Source: a virus
Lineage: Duplodnaviria; Heunggongvirae; Uroviricota; Caudoviricetes
Reading direction: 5' to 3' (one strand)
DNA length: 44,067 nucleotides
Virus record (IMG/VR): IMGVR_UViG_2909303794_000010
Location: 1-44,067 of that record
Made by a program: the position numbers and the translations under genes. Numbering within the stretch: position 1 is the first letter of the stretch; every line of letters starts with the position of its first letter. Below, piece by piece: positions 30,180-38,762 of the stretch. The notes beneath the pieces were generated by a model. It made no database searches, had not been told where the DNA came from, and was given only the letters and a program-made list of their open reading frames with translations.

Positions 30180-31208
30180 ATGGCTACACTGGACGCATTC
30201 AGTAGAGTAATAACTCATCATACTATTACGATCGATACACAATACCGTACACAGAAAATTGATGATAGCATCAGATCGAACTGTGTTTGCCCGGTACCAA
30301 CAATGCGTGAACTTGCTTCTAAAATAGTACGTTGTAAAGCAATGATGCACAGTTATGAAAAAGGAGACTTAGTTTTAACTTTGCAAGATGTAATCTTCTT
30401 ATCAAACAGAGCCGATAAAAAACCCAGCCATCTTGGTCTTTTAATTAATGCTGTAGATAAAAATGGAAGCACTACTGTGTTAAAAAACATTAATACAGAT
30501 GTTCGTACCGAAATATCACCAAAACATGAGGAAGGTGAAGGTTACGAAGTTTCTTCTCATATGATTATTTCTCTAGACGGAAATATGCGAACCTATGACA
30601 TGAGTTTTATGCCAATACCAGGAGTTTCCACAGCAAAAATAAATGGTTTCCTGAATAAAGTTCTCTTTAACGTAGCCAAAGATAATGAAGATATCTTTTC
30701 ATGTAACACTTTAACAAATGAAGTATCAAGTTTAACAAAGAAAAAAATAAAAGTATTATACAAGCCAGTCTTTGATATATCTGGAAAGTTAGATGAAGAT
30801 TTGTTCAATAAAATAAATAAAGAAGGACTTTCTGATGTCGTTTTGGTAAAGAATGAATACAGAACTATTAATGCGCCAGATGTTAACGCGGCTATTATTC
30901 CTAAAGAAAGTACTTTACGCTTAGTACCAAACCATGGCCCCAACAATGTCCTTGGATGGATAAAATCTGTCTCAAACTTCTTTAAAGAAGATAAAAATGG
31001 AGGTTATGACTTAATAAAAATAAAATTCAAAGAGCCAGAGACAGGATTCACAAGACAAGTTGACCTTCAAACTTCAAATGTAAGGCTCGATGGGCTGGAA
31101 AAAACATTTATCAAAAAGAGTGTAATAAATGGTTTTTCTTCGCGCTTAAAGGATTCTTATGATAGTATTAACATGGAGTTTGTGAATAAGATTATCGAGG
31201 TCATGTGA
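30180..31208 (+). CDS. hypothetical protein (342 aa), no recognisable family
   Basis: Long AT-rich ORF antisense to the flanking phage genes; Lys/Asn-rich; no catalytic motif identified by eye. Confidence 0.55.
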   Translation: MATLDAFSRVITHHTITIDTQYRTQKIDDSIRSNCVCPVPTMRELASKIVRCKAMMHSYEKGDLVLTLQDVIFLSNRADKKPSHLGLLINAVDKNGSTTVLKNINTDVRTEISPKHEEGEGYEVSSHMIISLDGNMRTYDMSFMPIPGVSTAKINGFLNKVLFNVAKDNEDIFSCNTLTNEVSSLTKKKIKVLYKPVFDISGKLDEDLFNKINKEGLSDVVLVKNEYRTINAPDVNAAIIPKESTLRLVPNHGPNNVLGWIKSVSNFFKEDKNGGYDLIKIKFKEPETGFTRQVDLQTSNVRLDGLEKTFIKKSVINGFSSRLKDSYDSINMEFVNKIIEVM

Positions 31209-31215
31209 GGCTAAT

Positions 31216-31791
31216 ATGATTAGTATATTTTCACATTTATTTAGACCGTTTGGTTACCTTTTCATTAAGGGAATTAGTGGTAAGTGCGCATACGATTTTT
31301 ATGCACCTGCCGGGCTTGCTGTGATTTCTTTTTTTTACTTTTATTTATTTAAAATACCCACATCAGACCTACTAAAAGATGGCGGCTTTATTAAGTCTAT
31401 ATCTGGATTTGTATCAAATCTGCCAGGTTTTTATATAGCAGCTCTTGCAGCAATAGCCACTTTCAACAGAGAACAAATTGACTACCCTCTGATAGGAACT
31501 AATGGCACGCCTTTTATTAAAATTACACGAACAAAAGAAAATGGTAGAATTGTTGACACTCAAGAGAAACTTACCAGAAGATTATTTCTGTGCATGTTAT
31601 TTTCATTTTTAACTGCCCTCAGCATATGCATAGTGATTTTCAACGCTTTTATCACACCACTAATAAACATACTGAATAATGATATAGCAAACTGGTGCTA
31701 TATCATTATCTTTTTATTCCTTACATGGCAAATGCTTGTTTCAACATTTTTTGGACTATACTATCTTGGTGATAGGATTCACATTAATTAA
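31216..31791 (+). CDS. integral membrane protein (191 aa, ~4 TM helices)
   Basis: Four hydrophobic stretches (e.g. GLAVISFFYFYLF, LFLCMLFSFLTALSICIVIF, WCYIIIFLFLTWQMLV); starts 7 bp after the upstream gene. Confidence 0.6.
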   Translation: MISIFSHLFRPFGYLFIKGISGKCAYDFYAPAGLAVISFFYFYLFKIPTSDLLKDGGFIKSISGFVSNLPGFYIAALAAIATFNREQIDYPLIGTNGTPFIKITRTKENGRIVDTQEKLTRRLFLCMLFSFLTALSICIVIFNAFITPLINILNNDIANWCYIIIFLFLTWQMLVSTFFGLYYLGDRIHIN

Positions 31792-32146
31792 CTACCATAA
31801 TGGGGTTTATAGTTATTATTACACCGCTGATAAACCCCATGGCAGTCTGCAATTCCTTCCTAATTGTGCCATCTGAACATCTTCTCTTCTTGGCAATAGT
31901 GCGTAATGAGATACCAATAACAAAGTGAGCTATGATCAGCTCATATTCCTCTGGTTTATACTTTCGCAACCGAGCCACACAACCGTCTATCATGATGCCT
32001 TCATCATCATCACACTGGAGACGTGACTTTTTACCGTGTGGTAAAAGTCCCTTGAAACCAGCCGCTATCGGCTGCCAGTCCACACCACTATTTTCTGCTG
32101 CAGCCCATGCTCCCCAGCGGTCCAATACTTCATACATATCACGCAT
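31784..32146 (-). CDS. Q-type late antiterminator (QuuD-like)
   Basis: MRDMYEVLDRWGAWAA...IAAGFKGLL...RCSDGTIRKELQ matches E. coli QuuD as I recall it; start taken at MRDM with GGAGA RBS; the ORF track start at 32161 is probably too long. Confidence 0.8.
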   Translation of the reverse strand: MRDMYEVLDRWGAWAAAENSGVDWQPIAAGFKGLLPHGKKSRLQCDDDEGIMIDGCVARLRKYKPEEYELIIAHFVIGISLRTIAKKRRCSDGTIRKELQTAMGFISGVIITINPIMVVN

Positions 32147-32163
32147 CAACTTTCTCCACAAAA

Positions 32164-33159
32164 TCAGGCCAGCACGCCAATTGCCAGCGCACGATCGATA
32201 AAACGAAATATCAGCTCCAGCTGGGAGCCATACTTCTCTTCAAATGCCACGGTATCCGCATGCAGCTCGTCGTGATGCTTTCTGCACAAAGGCAACACAA
32301 AGAGGTCATGCGCTTTTGTACCCATCCCGCCCTGACCGTGGCCTATCAGGTGGTGGGGATCATCAGCAGGCTTTCCACAACATGCACACGGCTGCGTCTT
32401 AACCCAGCGCGTGTACTTTTCGTTAACCCAGCGGCGACGTTTTGGGCGTAACATAAAAGACTCCGGCGACTCCGGATCCACTTTCAGCGCCAGCACCTTT
32501 TTCGCTTTATCCTGGATGATGCTGGTGGCAGGAACCGAAGGCACAAGGTCACTTTCCCGGGTGACAGACGGCACAACAGGCTTCGGTAATCTCAGTGCCT
32601 TACGGGCTGCACTTTCCGGTAAGGCATCCGCCAGGTCATTACGAATCAGCCACCAGCACAGTTCCGGCATTGTCACAACGTGACTGTCATCAAAACCGAG
32701 ATCCCGACGCACAACAGACAACACCCAGCGGGCACAGTTATCCGTTGCCATTGATTCCAGCCGTTCCGTGAACTGATCGCGCAGCTGGTTATCGCAGTGC
32801 CAGCACAGACGGATTGCGCCCGGCGCGTGTCGCATTGTTGTCATGTTCTCGCTGTGCCAGTCGGAATGAGGCCACTGGCAGCCTTTTTCACGAAGTAACC
32901 AGCTTTCAAGACATTCCACGCCACCAGCACGACGGATCACTGCCTCATTGCGGAACACGGCCCGAACGACAGGATCATCCGCCAGCGGTTGTGATGCCGC
33001 CGGAACGGCACCACTGGCAAAAGATGAATAACGTTCCGGCTCAGGCTCCAGCAGGACACGCCCCTGCATAAACAGGGGCATCAGCTCTGAACCAGGTCTG
33101 AACAATACGATCCCCATACGCGGGGCAATTTCAGGGGTCAGTAGTGCTCTCACAGTCAC
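32164..33159 (-). CDS. zinc-ribbon/HNH-like protein, DUF968-like (YdfU-like)
   Basis: CWHCDN and CACCGKP...HHLIGHG...C motifs; position in the nin-like region upstream of Q. Family name from memory, unverified. Confidence 0.5.
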   Translation of the reverse strand: MTVRALLTPEIAPRMGIVLFRPGSELMPLFMQGRVLLEPEPERYSSFASGAVPAASQPLADDPVVRAVFRNEAVIRRAGGVECLESWLLREKGCQWPHSDWHSENMTTMRHAPGAIRLCWHCDNQLRDQFTERLESMATDNCARWVLSVVRRDLGFDDSHVVTMPELCWWLIRNDLADALPESAARKALRLPKPVVPSVTRESDLVPSVPATSIIQDKAKKVLALKVDPESPESFMLRPKRRRWVNEKYTRWVKTQPCACCGKPADDPHHLIGHGQGGMGTKAHDLFVLPLCRKHHDELHADTVAFEEKYGSQLELIFRFIDRALAIGVLA

Positions 33160-33160
33160 C

Positions 33161-33970
33161 TCAATGAACGGTATCGAGCAGCTTTAACAGCTCAGGGAAT
33201 CGGGATTCGAAGAAATGCGGCTGCGTCTCGCGCGGATTTGCAGGACTGGTGATGTTCTTGCCGAACATGCAGCCTTTCGCTGTCAGCGACCAGAATTTTT
33301 TGATGTTGTTAATCGCGGTACGGCTGTATCGTTCGCGCTGCTCGACGATCCCCAGCTTCACCATCTGGTGATATGCCTGATTAGCCGTAAGGCGGATACC
33401 ATACTGTTTCAGCAGTGCACTCAGCGACAGCGTGGGGCGACTTGAGCCATCAGGCGCGTCAGCTGGAGCATCAATGGCATAGCGCGGTGCCAGATTCGGT
33501 AAGCCAACAGCCTCCTGGAGTTTCTGACAGGCACCAAGCACTGAAGAGTTAGACAGGTTTAACTCCCGGCGCATAAAGTCCAGCAGAATCACGCCAGCCT
33601 GCATCTTGTCAGCAGCCTGCCCGGATAATTTTTCCGGTGTGCTGGTTACCATATCGAAAGTACGGATCACCTTCAGATGGAATGACGGGCTGATCCACAT
33701 TGCATAGGCATACACCAGTTCCTTGCAGACATACGTTCCCCGTTCATTTCCCCCATGAATCACACTCACCGGGTCAACACCCAAATTCTGGGTGTTGGTC
33801 AATTCATGAACAAGCTCAACAGTTTGTTGGCTGGAAAGAAACTTTCCTGGCTCCTTGGTTCTGGCATTTGCACCAGATGCTACTGCTGCGCGATGCAGAT
33901 CGTTCAGGCTGTAACGCCCATAAGCATCACGACGAACTTCAATACCATCAATGACCATCAGATTATTCAT
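33161..33970 (-). CDS. KilA-N domain protein
   Basis: N-terminal VIDGIEVRRDAYGRYSLNDLHRAA...TYVCKELVYAYAMWISPSFHLKV fits the KilA-N/APSES pattern. Confidence 0.75.
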   Translation of the reverse strand: MNNLMVIDGIEVRRDAYGRYSLNDLHRAAVASGANARTKEPGKFLSSQQTVELVHELTNTQNLGVDPVSVIHGGNERGTYVCKELVYAYAMWISPSFHLKVIRTFDMVTSTPEKLSGQAADKMQAGVILLDFMRRELNLSNSSVLGACQKLQEAVGLPNLAPRYAIDAPADAPDGSSRPTLSLSALLKQYGIRLTANQAYHQMVKLGIVEQRERYSRTAINNIKKFWSLTAKGCMFGKNITSPANPRETQPHFFESRFPELLKLLDTVH

Positions 33971-33989
33971 ACTTCGTTTCTCCTCTTAA

Positions 33990-34379
33990 TCAGGCGGCTG
34001 CACCCGCCGTTTTCTCGTACTTACTGATAGTGATCTCGACCTTCCCTTTCGGGATAACCGGTCCCCACTCCACCAGCATTCTTTTCACCTGTCTGTCGTC
34101 TTCCCACACACCCGCGTGGGTCAGGGCGTCAAACAGCGCCTTGTTATAGTTGTCCAGATCACGGATCCGGTTATCCGGCGGAAACAACACGATCTCCACT
34201 GAAGCAGGTGCCGACGTTGGTTTCGGCAGACGACGTAACTGCTCAACTATTGCTGCGCACGCCGCGCTCTGAAATTTTCGCCCCGCCGCGCTTATCAGGC
34301 TCTTACCAGCAAATGCCCCTTTGTTGGGGTGTCGCCAGTACGTGTTCACGCTGGGCGGAAAAGGCAGGATCAGCTTCAT
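33990..34379 (-). CDS. rusA: RusA Holliday junction resolvase
   Basis: MKLILPFPPSVNTYWRHP...DLDNYNKALFDALTHAGVWEDDRQV is typical RusA. Confidence 0.85.
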   Translation of the reverse strand: MKLILPFPPSVNTYWRHPNKGAFAGKSLISAAGRKFQSAACAAIVEQLRRLPKPTSAPASVEIVLFPPDNRIRDLDNYNKALFDALTHAGVWEDDRQVKRMLVEWGPVIPKGKVEITISKYEKTAGAAA

Positions 34380-34702
34380 ACTTTCAGGCCCCTCTCATGT
34401 AACCAGTGGGTTGCACGCAGCCTTGCGTTTTCCTCACCGGCAAGCAGTGAGCGGATAATCCCGACCGCCTCGCTGTCGTCGTCCTTCACCGCGGTATGAA
34501 GCGTGATGCCCCGGGCCACGCCACGCTTTATCGTGATGACGCCTTTTTTCTCCAGTGCGCGAAGATGCTCCACCGCTGCATTCACTGAACGGTATCCCAG
34601 CATGGTTGCCACCTCCTGATTGGTTGGCGGGAAGCCACGTTCTTTCTGATAAGAAATCAGCATATCCAGCACCTGCTGCTGGCATTGAGTTAACGTCGTC
34701 AT
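34376..34702 (-). CDS. winged-helix protein with LexA-type DNA-binding domain
   Basis: LTQCQQQVLDMLISYQKERGFPPTNQEVATMLGYRSVNAAVEHLRALEKKGVI resembles the LexA N-terminal domain; no peptidase domain. Confidence 0.55.
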   Translation of the reverse strand: MTTLTQCQQQVLDMLISYQKERGFPPTNQEVATMLGYRSVNAAVEHLRALEKKGVITIKRGVARGITLHTAVKDDDSEAVGIIRSLLAGEENARLRATHWLHERGLKV

Positions 34703-35352
34703 GCCGCCATCTCCCTGACCAGTTTTTCTGCCTGCTGGCGAACCTGCGCCAGAAAAGCCTCACCACATGCCTCAAGTTCATCGCGCCCGATGTAGCTGAT
34801 TGCCGGTCCCTTCCAGGTCTTGTCGAAAACAGCAATAGCACCAGCGAAGAAAGCGCCTGTCGGCACCTGTTTCTCATCCTTCGGGATAAACCAGGCAGGC
34901 AGTTCAAAACCAATACGCCCGCGAATAAAAGCAATATGATCTGCATCTTCCGGCCACCACACTTCGCTGGTGGCAGCTTTGATCAGGAAAACATAGCGCC
35001 CGCCTTTATCACGCATGGCACTGGCATGCTTCATGATGTAACGCATGCCGGTGATGTATTGCCCCTCATGCTGACTGGCGCGGCTGTATGGGGGATTACC
35101 AAAGGCAGCACCTTTAAGCTCCGCAAGGCGTTCTGACCAGTCATGCGCCAGCGCGTTGTCTTCCGCCGTGTAATACGCAGCACATTTGGCGTTATCACCG
35201 TCAGTAAACAGATCCAGAACAAACGGGCCAAACAGAGTGTTAATTCCCCAGAAAATGTTGTCCGGCGTGCGCCACTGATCGCCCACTTCCTTCAGTTCAT
35301 GGGCTGGTTTGTTCCGCAGTTCCGCCAGCGCCCGGCAATATTTATTACTCAT
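34699..35352 (-). CDS. phage N6-adenine DNA methyltransferase (Dam-like)
   Basis: NPPY motif (AFGNPPYS); start taken at the ATG overlapping the upstream stop (TAATG); the ORF track start at 35385 is probably too long. Confidence 0.75.
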   Translation of the reverse strand: MSNKYCRALAELRNKPAHELKEVGDQWRTPDNIFWGINTLFGPFVLDLFTDGDNAKCAAYYTAEDNALAHDWSERLAELKGAAFGNPPYSRASQHEGQYITGMRYIMKHASAMRDKGGRYVFLIKAATSEVWWPEDADHIAFIRGRIGFELPAWFIPKDEKQVPTGAFFAGAIAVFDKTWKGPAISYIGRDELEACGEAFLAQVRQQAEKLVREMAA

Positions 35353-35846
35353 TAAGCCCCCACGTAATTCCCTGAGAGATACCACTCTTCACCTGATGCA
35401 GCCCGCTTACTGCTTTTCCGTAAACACCGTTCACGACGCGCCAGAAAATTGTTTCGTTCTGGCTGGGAGTGGCTTTCACGGAATGCCTCCATCCACACCG
35501 TTGCAGCACGACGGTATAAGCCCCTGGACTCCAGTTCTTCCGCCTGGCGGGTCAGGCACAAAATCACACGGGGATCGTTAGTGCCGACATAGAAATTGCG
35601 CACAGGTCTGGTTTCACGAACTGGTTGTGGTTCCGGTTCCTGCGCTCTCTCAGTCAGGCGCGGGAAATGTCTGCGTGTATCTCCTTCACAACGGTGAGCC
35701 ACACGCCCACTCTGACGTAACTTGCTTGCTGACTGCAGAACGCGCTGCCGTGAGTAACCGGCAAAAGCATCCGCAATATCTCCGGAAGTACAGCCCGGAT
35801 GGGCTTCAATGAATTTCTGAACGTCATTCAAAAGACTCATGCTCAC
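35352..35846 (-). CDS. protein with PerC-like C-terminal domain (transcriptional activator family)
   Basis: AEELESRGLYRRAATVWMEAF...ERNNFLARRERCL resembles the PerC/Pch motif as I recall it. Confidence 0.5.
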   Translation of the reverse strand: MSMSLLNDVQKFIEAHPGCTSGDIADAFAGYSRQRVLQSASKLRQSGRVAHRCEGDTRRHFPRLTERAQEPEPQPVRETRPVRNFYVGTNDPRVILCLTRQAEELESRGLYRRAATVWMEAFRESHSQPERNNFLARRERCLRKSSKRAASGEEWYLSGNYVGA

Positions 35847-36784
35847 CCCCTGAATCCTGCCGGGATCTGGCTGTAGTCCACGTTGTCGTAACTGGCTTTG
35901 AAGTACGGGTCTTCGCGTTTTTCGGTGTACGTGCTGACGGACGGCGATAAGCGCAGGGAAAGCTCATCCCATTTTTCCCGCAGCTTCGACGGGCTGAGCA
36001 CGTTACGGCACCAGAACGGATCGCGACTGACGCGGCTGTACATCTCGCAGATTTGTTTATGAGTACGACCATCCTGCACACACATCAGGCGAATTTCGTT
36101 TGCCCAGGCTGTCCAGTTCGGTTCTTTGGGACGAACCACCTCGCCGTCACATTCGGCGGCCTGCTCGTACAGGGCGATGATTTTTTTCCAGAGCCACTGT
36201 GCGCAGGTCAAATCATCCTGCGTTCCCCACTGGCGCTTTTTAGGGCTGAATACAACCGCATCAGGATGGCGAGTTAAAAACTCCTGTTCAGCCGTCTGCG
36301 TGTCCGGTTGCGAAGCGTCCGGACGAGAAGTTTTTTTATCTGACGGATCATGTTTTGATTTTACTGACGGATCCCCGCCAGATTCTGACGGGTGAAAAAC
36401 CGCTTTTTTGCCAGATTTCGACGCATCAAATTTTGACGGGTCAGATTTTGATGCGTCAGATTTTGACGGGTCAGAATCTGACAGTTGAGAAAATGCCGCT
36501 GCCTGAAGCTTCGCAACGTTAAGCTGATAAACATTCGACGCATTGCGGTTACCCTGGCGACGCGCCTTACGCGTTAACCAGCCTTCTGCTTCCAGCCGTG
36601 CGATAGCCGTTCTGACGGTACTCATTCCCGCGCCAATCTGGCGGGCAATGGTTTCAATTGATGGCCAGCACACACCTTCGTCATTACTGAAATCAGCCAG
36701 GCGGGCCATAATTGCCACGCTGGATAATTTCATGCCTGATGCAGCGCAACCATCCCATACATAGCCGGTTAATTTAGTGCTCAT
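35843..36784 (-). CDS. replication initiator, lambda O-like, with in-gene iterons
   Basis: N-terminal HTH-like region, central repeat linker DPSKSDASKSDPSKFDASKS encoded by DNA iterons, C-terminal replication-type domain. Confidence 0.65.
   Translation of the reverse strand: MSTKLTGYVWDGCAASGMKLSSVAIMARLADFSNDEGVCWPSIETIARQIGAGMSTVRTAIARLEAEGWLTRKARRQGNRNASNVYQLNVAKLQAAAFSQLSDSDPSKSDASKSDPSKFDASKSGKKAVFHPSESGGDPSVKSKHDPSDKKTSRPDASQPDTQTAEQEFLTRHPDAVVFSPKKRQWGTQDDLTCAQWLWKKIIALYEQAAECDGEVVRPKEPNWTAWANEIRLMCVQDGRTHKQICEMYSRVSRDPFWCRNVLSPSKLREKWDELSLRLSPSVSTYTEKREDPYFKASYDNVDYSQIPAGFRG
36340..36482. repeat. iteron array (candidate phage replication origin) inside the O-like gene
   Basis: About 7 tandem ~15-16-bp units with consensus ATTTTGACGGGTCAG (attttgacgggtcag x2, attttgatgcgtcag, atttcgacgcatcaa, attctgacgggtgaa ...). 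Confidence 0.7.
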
Positions 36785-36793
36785 GACCGACCT

Positions 36794-37132
36794 CTATTTC
36801 CCTGAATTTACGACGAAACTGTTCGAGCGGGCTGAAGCACTCATGCTCATAGCCTTCGCGGAGGTAGATAACACGTTGTGTTTCCGGCTCCCAACGAATG
36901 ACTCTGACGGGCACTCCGTAGTGATCTTTGAACCAGCGGTTAACTTGTCGCAAAGGACTGTCTCCTTCTGCCGGTTGAAATCACCCACAGCCCACTCTGC
37001 AAAGCTGTGGGTTACAATTTCCCTGTCACCTGGTACATTTACTGCATAGCAATACTCCACCTTCGCTTTTCCACCCGGTACAGGAAGCGCAATCAGTTGC
37101 GAGCGATGGTAGTGTGTTGTTAAACTGTTCAT
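36794..37132 (-). CDS. hypothetical protein
   Basis: ORF in the early-right operon with a 4-bp overlap to the upstream gene; no motif recognised. Confidence 0.4.
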   Translation of the reverse strand: MNSLTTHYHRSQLIALPVPGGKAKVEYCYAVNVPGDREIVTHSFAEWAVGDFNRQKETVLCDKLTAGSKITTECPSESFVGSRKHNVLSTSAKAMSMSASARSNSFVVNSGK

Positions 37133-37692
37133 GCGTTAGTTTCTCCACAGTCACGACACGCCACGGCGCCCGGAGCTGCACACTCGCGGGCGTCACTACT
37201 TTCTGAAATGCAAAAGATTTTGTAGACCAGAGCTGCATGCTCCTGCAGCTTCGAAATTGAGAGATATAGCTCGTCGTTAATTGCTGTTTTCTCATGCGGT
37301 TCCACTACACCGTCTTCGATTGCTGAACGAATCTGTTTTGAATAACTGCCGATCTGTTCAATGACTTCCAGCAGACGCTGGTTAATATCGGCGTTGTCCA
37401 CATCCTCGACGTCAGGAAGAGACACAAATACGCCATTTGCAGACTGCGCCACAGCATCAGCAATGAAGTGAGTGCCACCAGCACGCTGTAAAACCATTGC
37501 CCATCCCAGCGGAAAAATCTGATCGCCATCTGCACGAAGGCGGTTGAATAAAGCGTTCTCTGTTACATCCAGCCAGTCAGCCGCTTCAGCGTAACCACCC
37601 GGCAACGCCGCGATAGTTTTTCTGACAGCTTTCACGTACCACTCAGGCTGTTTTTCTATTTTCCAGTGATGCTTACCCACGATTAGCCTCAT
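37129..37692 (-). CDS. YdaT-like (CII-like) early regulator
   Basis: Immediately downstream of the Cro-like gene, as in Rac-type prophages; family assignment from memory. Confidence 0.5.
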   Translation of the reverse strand: MRLIVGKHHWKIEKQPEWYVKAVRKTIAALPGGYAEAADWLDVTENALFNRLRADGDQIFPLGWAMVLQRAGGTHFIADAVAQSANGVFVSLPDVEDVDNADINQRLLEVIEQIGSYSKQIRSAIEDGVVEPHEKTAINDELYLSISKLQEHAALVYKIFCISESSDARECAAPGAVACRDCGETNA

Positions 37693-37723
37693 CGTTCTGT
37701 GGTTAAAAATTGAAAGTGTTCTG

Positions 37724-37924
37724 CTAATCTTTCGGATAGATATCCGGTCTTAAGTCAGATTTCGTAATTGCACCTGACGTGCATTGCTCAAGTTTTTTAG
37801 CCAGCACAAAACTGGCTTTTTTATAGCCATTGAAAACCAGCCGTAAGTAGCCAGGTGTTGAGCCAACTTTTCCGGCCAACTCGCCCTGCTGTTCTTTGGT
37901 TAAAGAGTCCCAATACGCTTTCAT
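37724..37924 (-). CDS. Cro-like / YdaS-like HTH regulator (66 aa)
   Basis: MKAYWDSLTKEQQGELAGKVGSTPGYLRLVFNG...; RBS GGAGGT upstream of the ATG at 37924; divergent from the repressor gene. The 167-aa ORF in the track over-extends. Confidence 0.7.
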   Translation of the reverse strand: MKAYWDSLTKEQQGELAGKVGSTPGYLRLVFNGYKKASFVLAKKLEQCTSGAITKSDLRPDIYPKD

Positions 37925-38014
37925 ACAATATGTACCTCCGGTGTACATATTACATGATTGAAATGAACCTTCAAGATACTTGTACCTTAACGGTACAAGG
38001 GTTTTAATTTCGTT
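37925..38014. promoter_or_regulatory. divergent repressor/cro control region with operator palindrome
   Basis: Perfect palindrome cttgtacc-ttaac-ggtacaag at 37979-37999 plus a further TGTACC-containing imperfect repeat at 37931-37947, between the divergent genes. Confidence 0.65.
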
Positions 38015-38689
38015 ATGAAAACAATCCATGACATCCGGCGGTCTAACGCCAGAAAACTGAGAGATGGTGTTGGCGGGAATTCTTCCTTTGCCACTATGAT
38101 TGATCGCGAGCCAACCCAGACCAGCAGGTTTATGGGAGATGGTGCTACTAAAAATATCGGTGACAGCATGGCACGACACATCGAAAAATGTTTCGACCTG
38201 CCTGTCGGATGGCTCGATCAAGAACACCAGACAACCAACATCACAAAAAAACCTGATGTTTCAATCACTAATAAACAAATCACATTAGTCCCTGTCATAT
38301 CATGGGTACAGGCCGGAGCATGGAAAGAAGTTGGATATTCTGAGGTTGATTTGAGCACAGCAGAAACGTATCCCTGCCCTGTACCCTGTGGGGAAATGAC
38401 TTATATCTTGCGGGTGATAGGTGATTCAATGATTGATGAGTACCGCCCGGGAGACATGATTTTTGTCGATCCTGAAGTACCTGCCTGCCACGGTGACGAC
38501 GTTATTGCATTGATGCACGATACAGGTGAAACCACCTTCAAAAGGTTGATAGAAGATGGGACACAGCGTTATCTCAAAGCGTTAAACCCAAACTGGCCTG
38601 AGCCTTACATTAAGATCAACGGTAATTGCTCTATAATTGGAACTGTGATTTTCTCAGGAAAACCAAGAAGATACAAAATCAAAGCCTAA
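38015..38689 (+). CDS. CI-like prophage repressor (HTH plus S24 LexA-like peptidase domain)
   Basis: C-terminal ...RVIGDSMIDEY...FKRLIEDGTQRYLKALNPNWPEPYIKINGNCSIIG resembles P22 C2 / lambda CI. Confidence 0.85.
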   Translation: MKTIHDIRRSNARKLRDGVGGNSSFATMIDREPTQTSRFMGDGATKNIGDSMARHIEKCFDLPVGWLDQEHQTTNITKKPDVSITNKQITLVPVISWVQAGAWKEVGYSEVDLSTAETYPCPVPCGEMTYILRVIGDSMIDEYRPGDMIFVDPEVPACHGDDVIALMHDTGETTFKRLIEDGTQRYLKALNPNWPEPYIKINGNCSIIGTVIFSGKPRRYKIKA

Positions 38690-38701
38690 TCAATGTTTAT
38701 G

Positions 38702-38724
38702 AACCTGCTTCGGCAGGTTTTTTT
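38702..38724 (+). terminator. intrinsic terminator after the repressor gene
   Basis: aacctgc-ttcg-gcaggtt hairpin followed by a T tract. Confidence 0.7.
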
Positions 38725-38728
38725 ATAC

Positions 38729-38762
38729 TTGACAATGTACCTTTGAGATACATAATGTACCC
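38729..38762 (+). promoter_or_regulatory. pL-like early promoter with operator half-sites
   Basis: TTGACA - 16 nt - CATAAT, with ATGTACC repeats overlapping both hexamers (same half-site as the cro-side operator). Confidence 0.6.

Noticed and set aside
34434-34946. 170-aa minus-strand ORF spanning the LexA-like and Dam-like genes
   Set aside because: Out-of-frame overlap with two genes that have recognisable motifs and coupled start/stop codons.
36340-36482. Possible CRISPR array suggested by short tandem repeats
   Set aside because: Repeats are contiguous without unique spacers, lie inside a protein-coding gene and encode its repeat linker; no cas genes. They are origin iterons.
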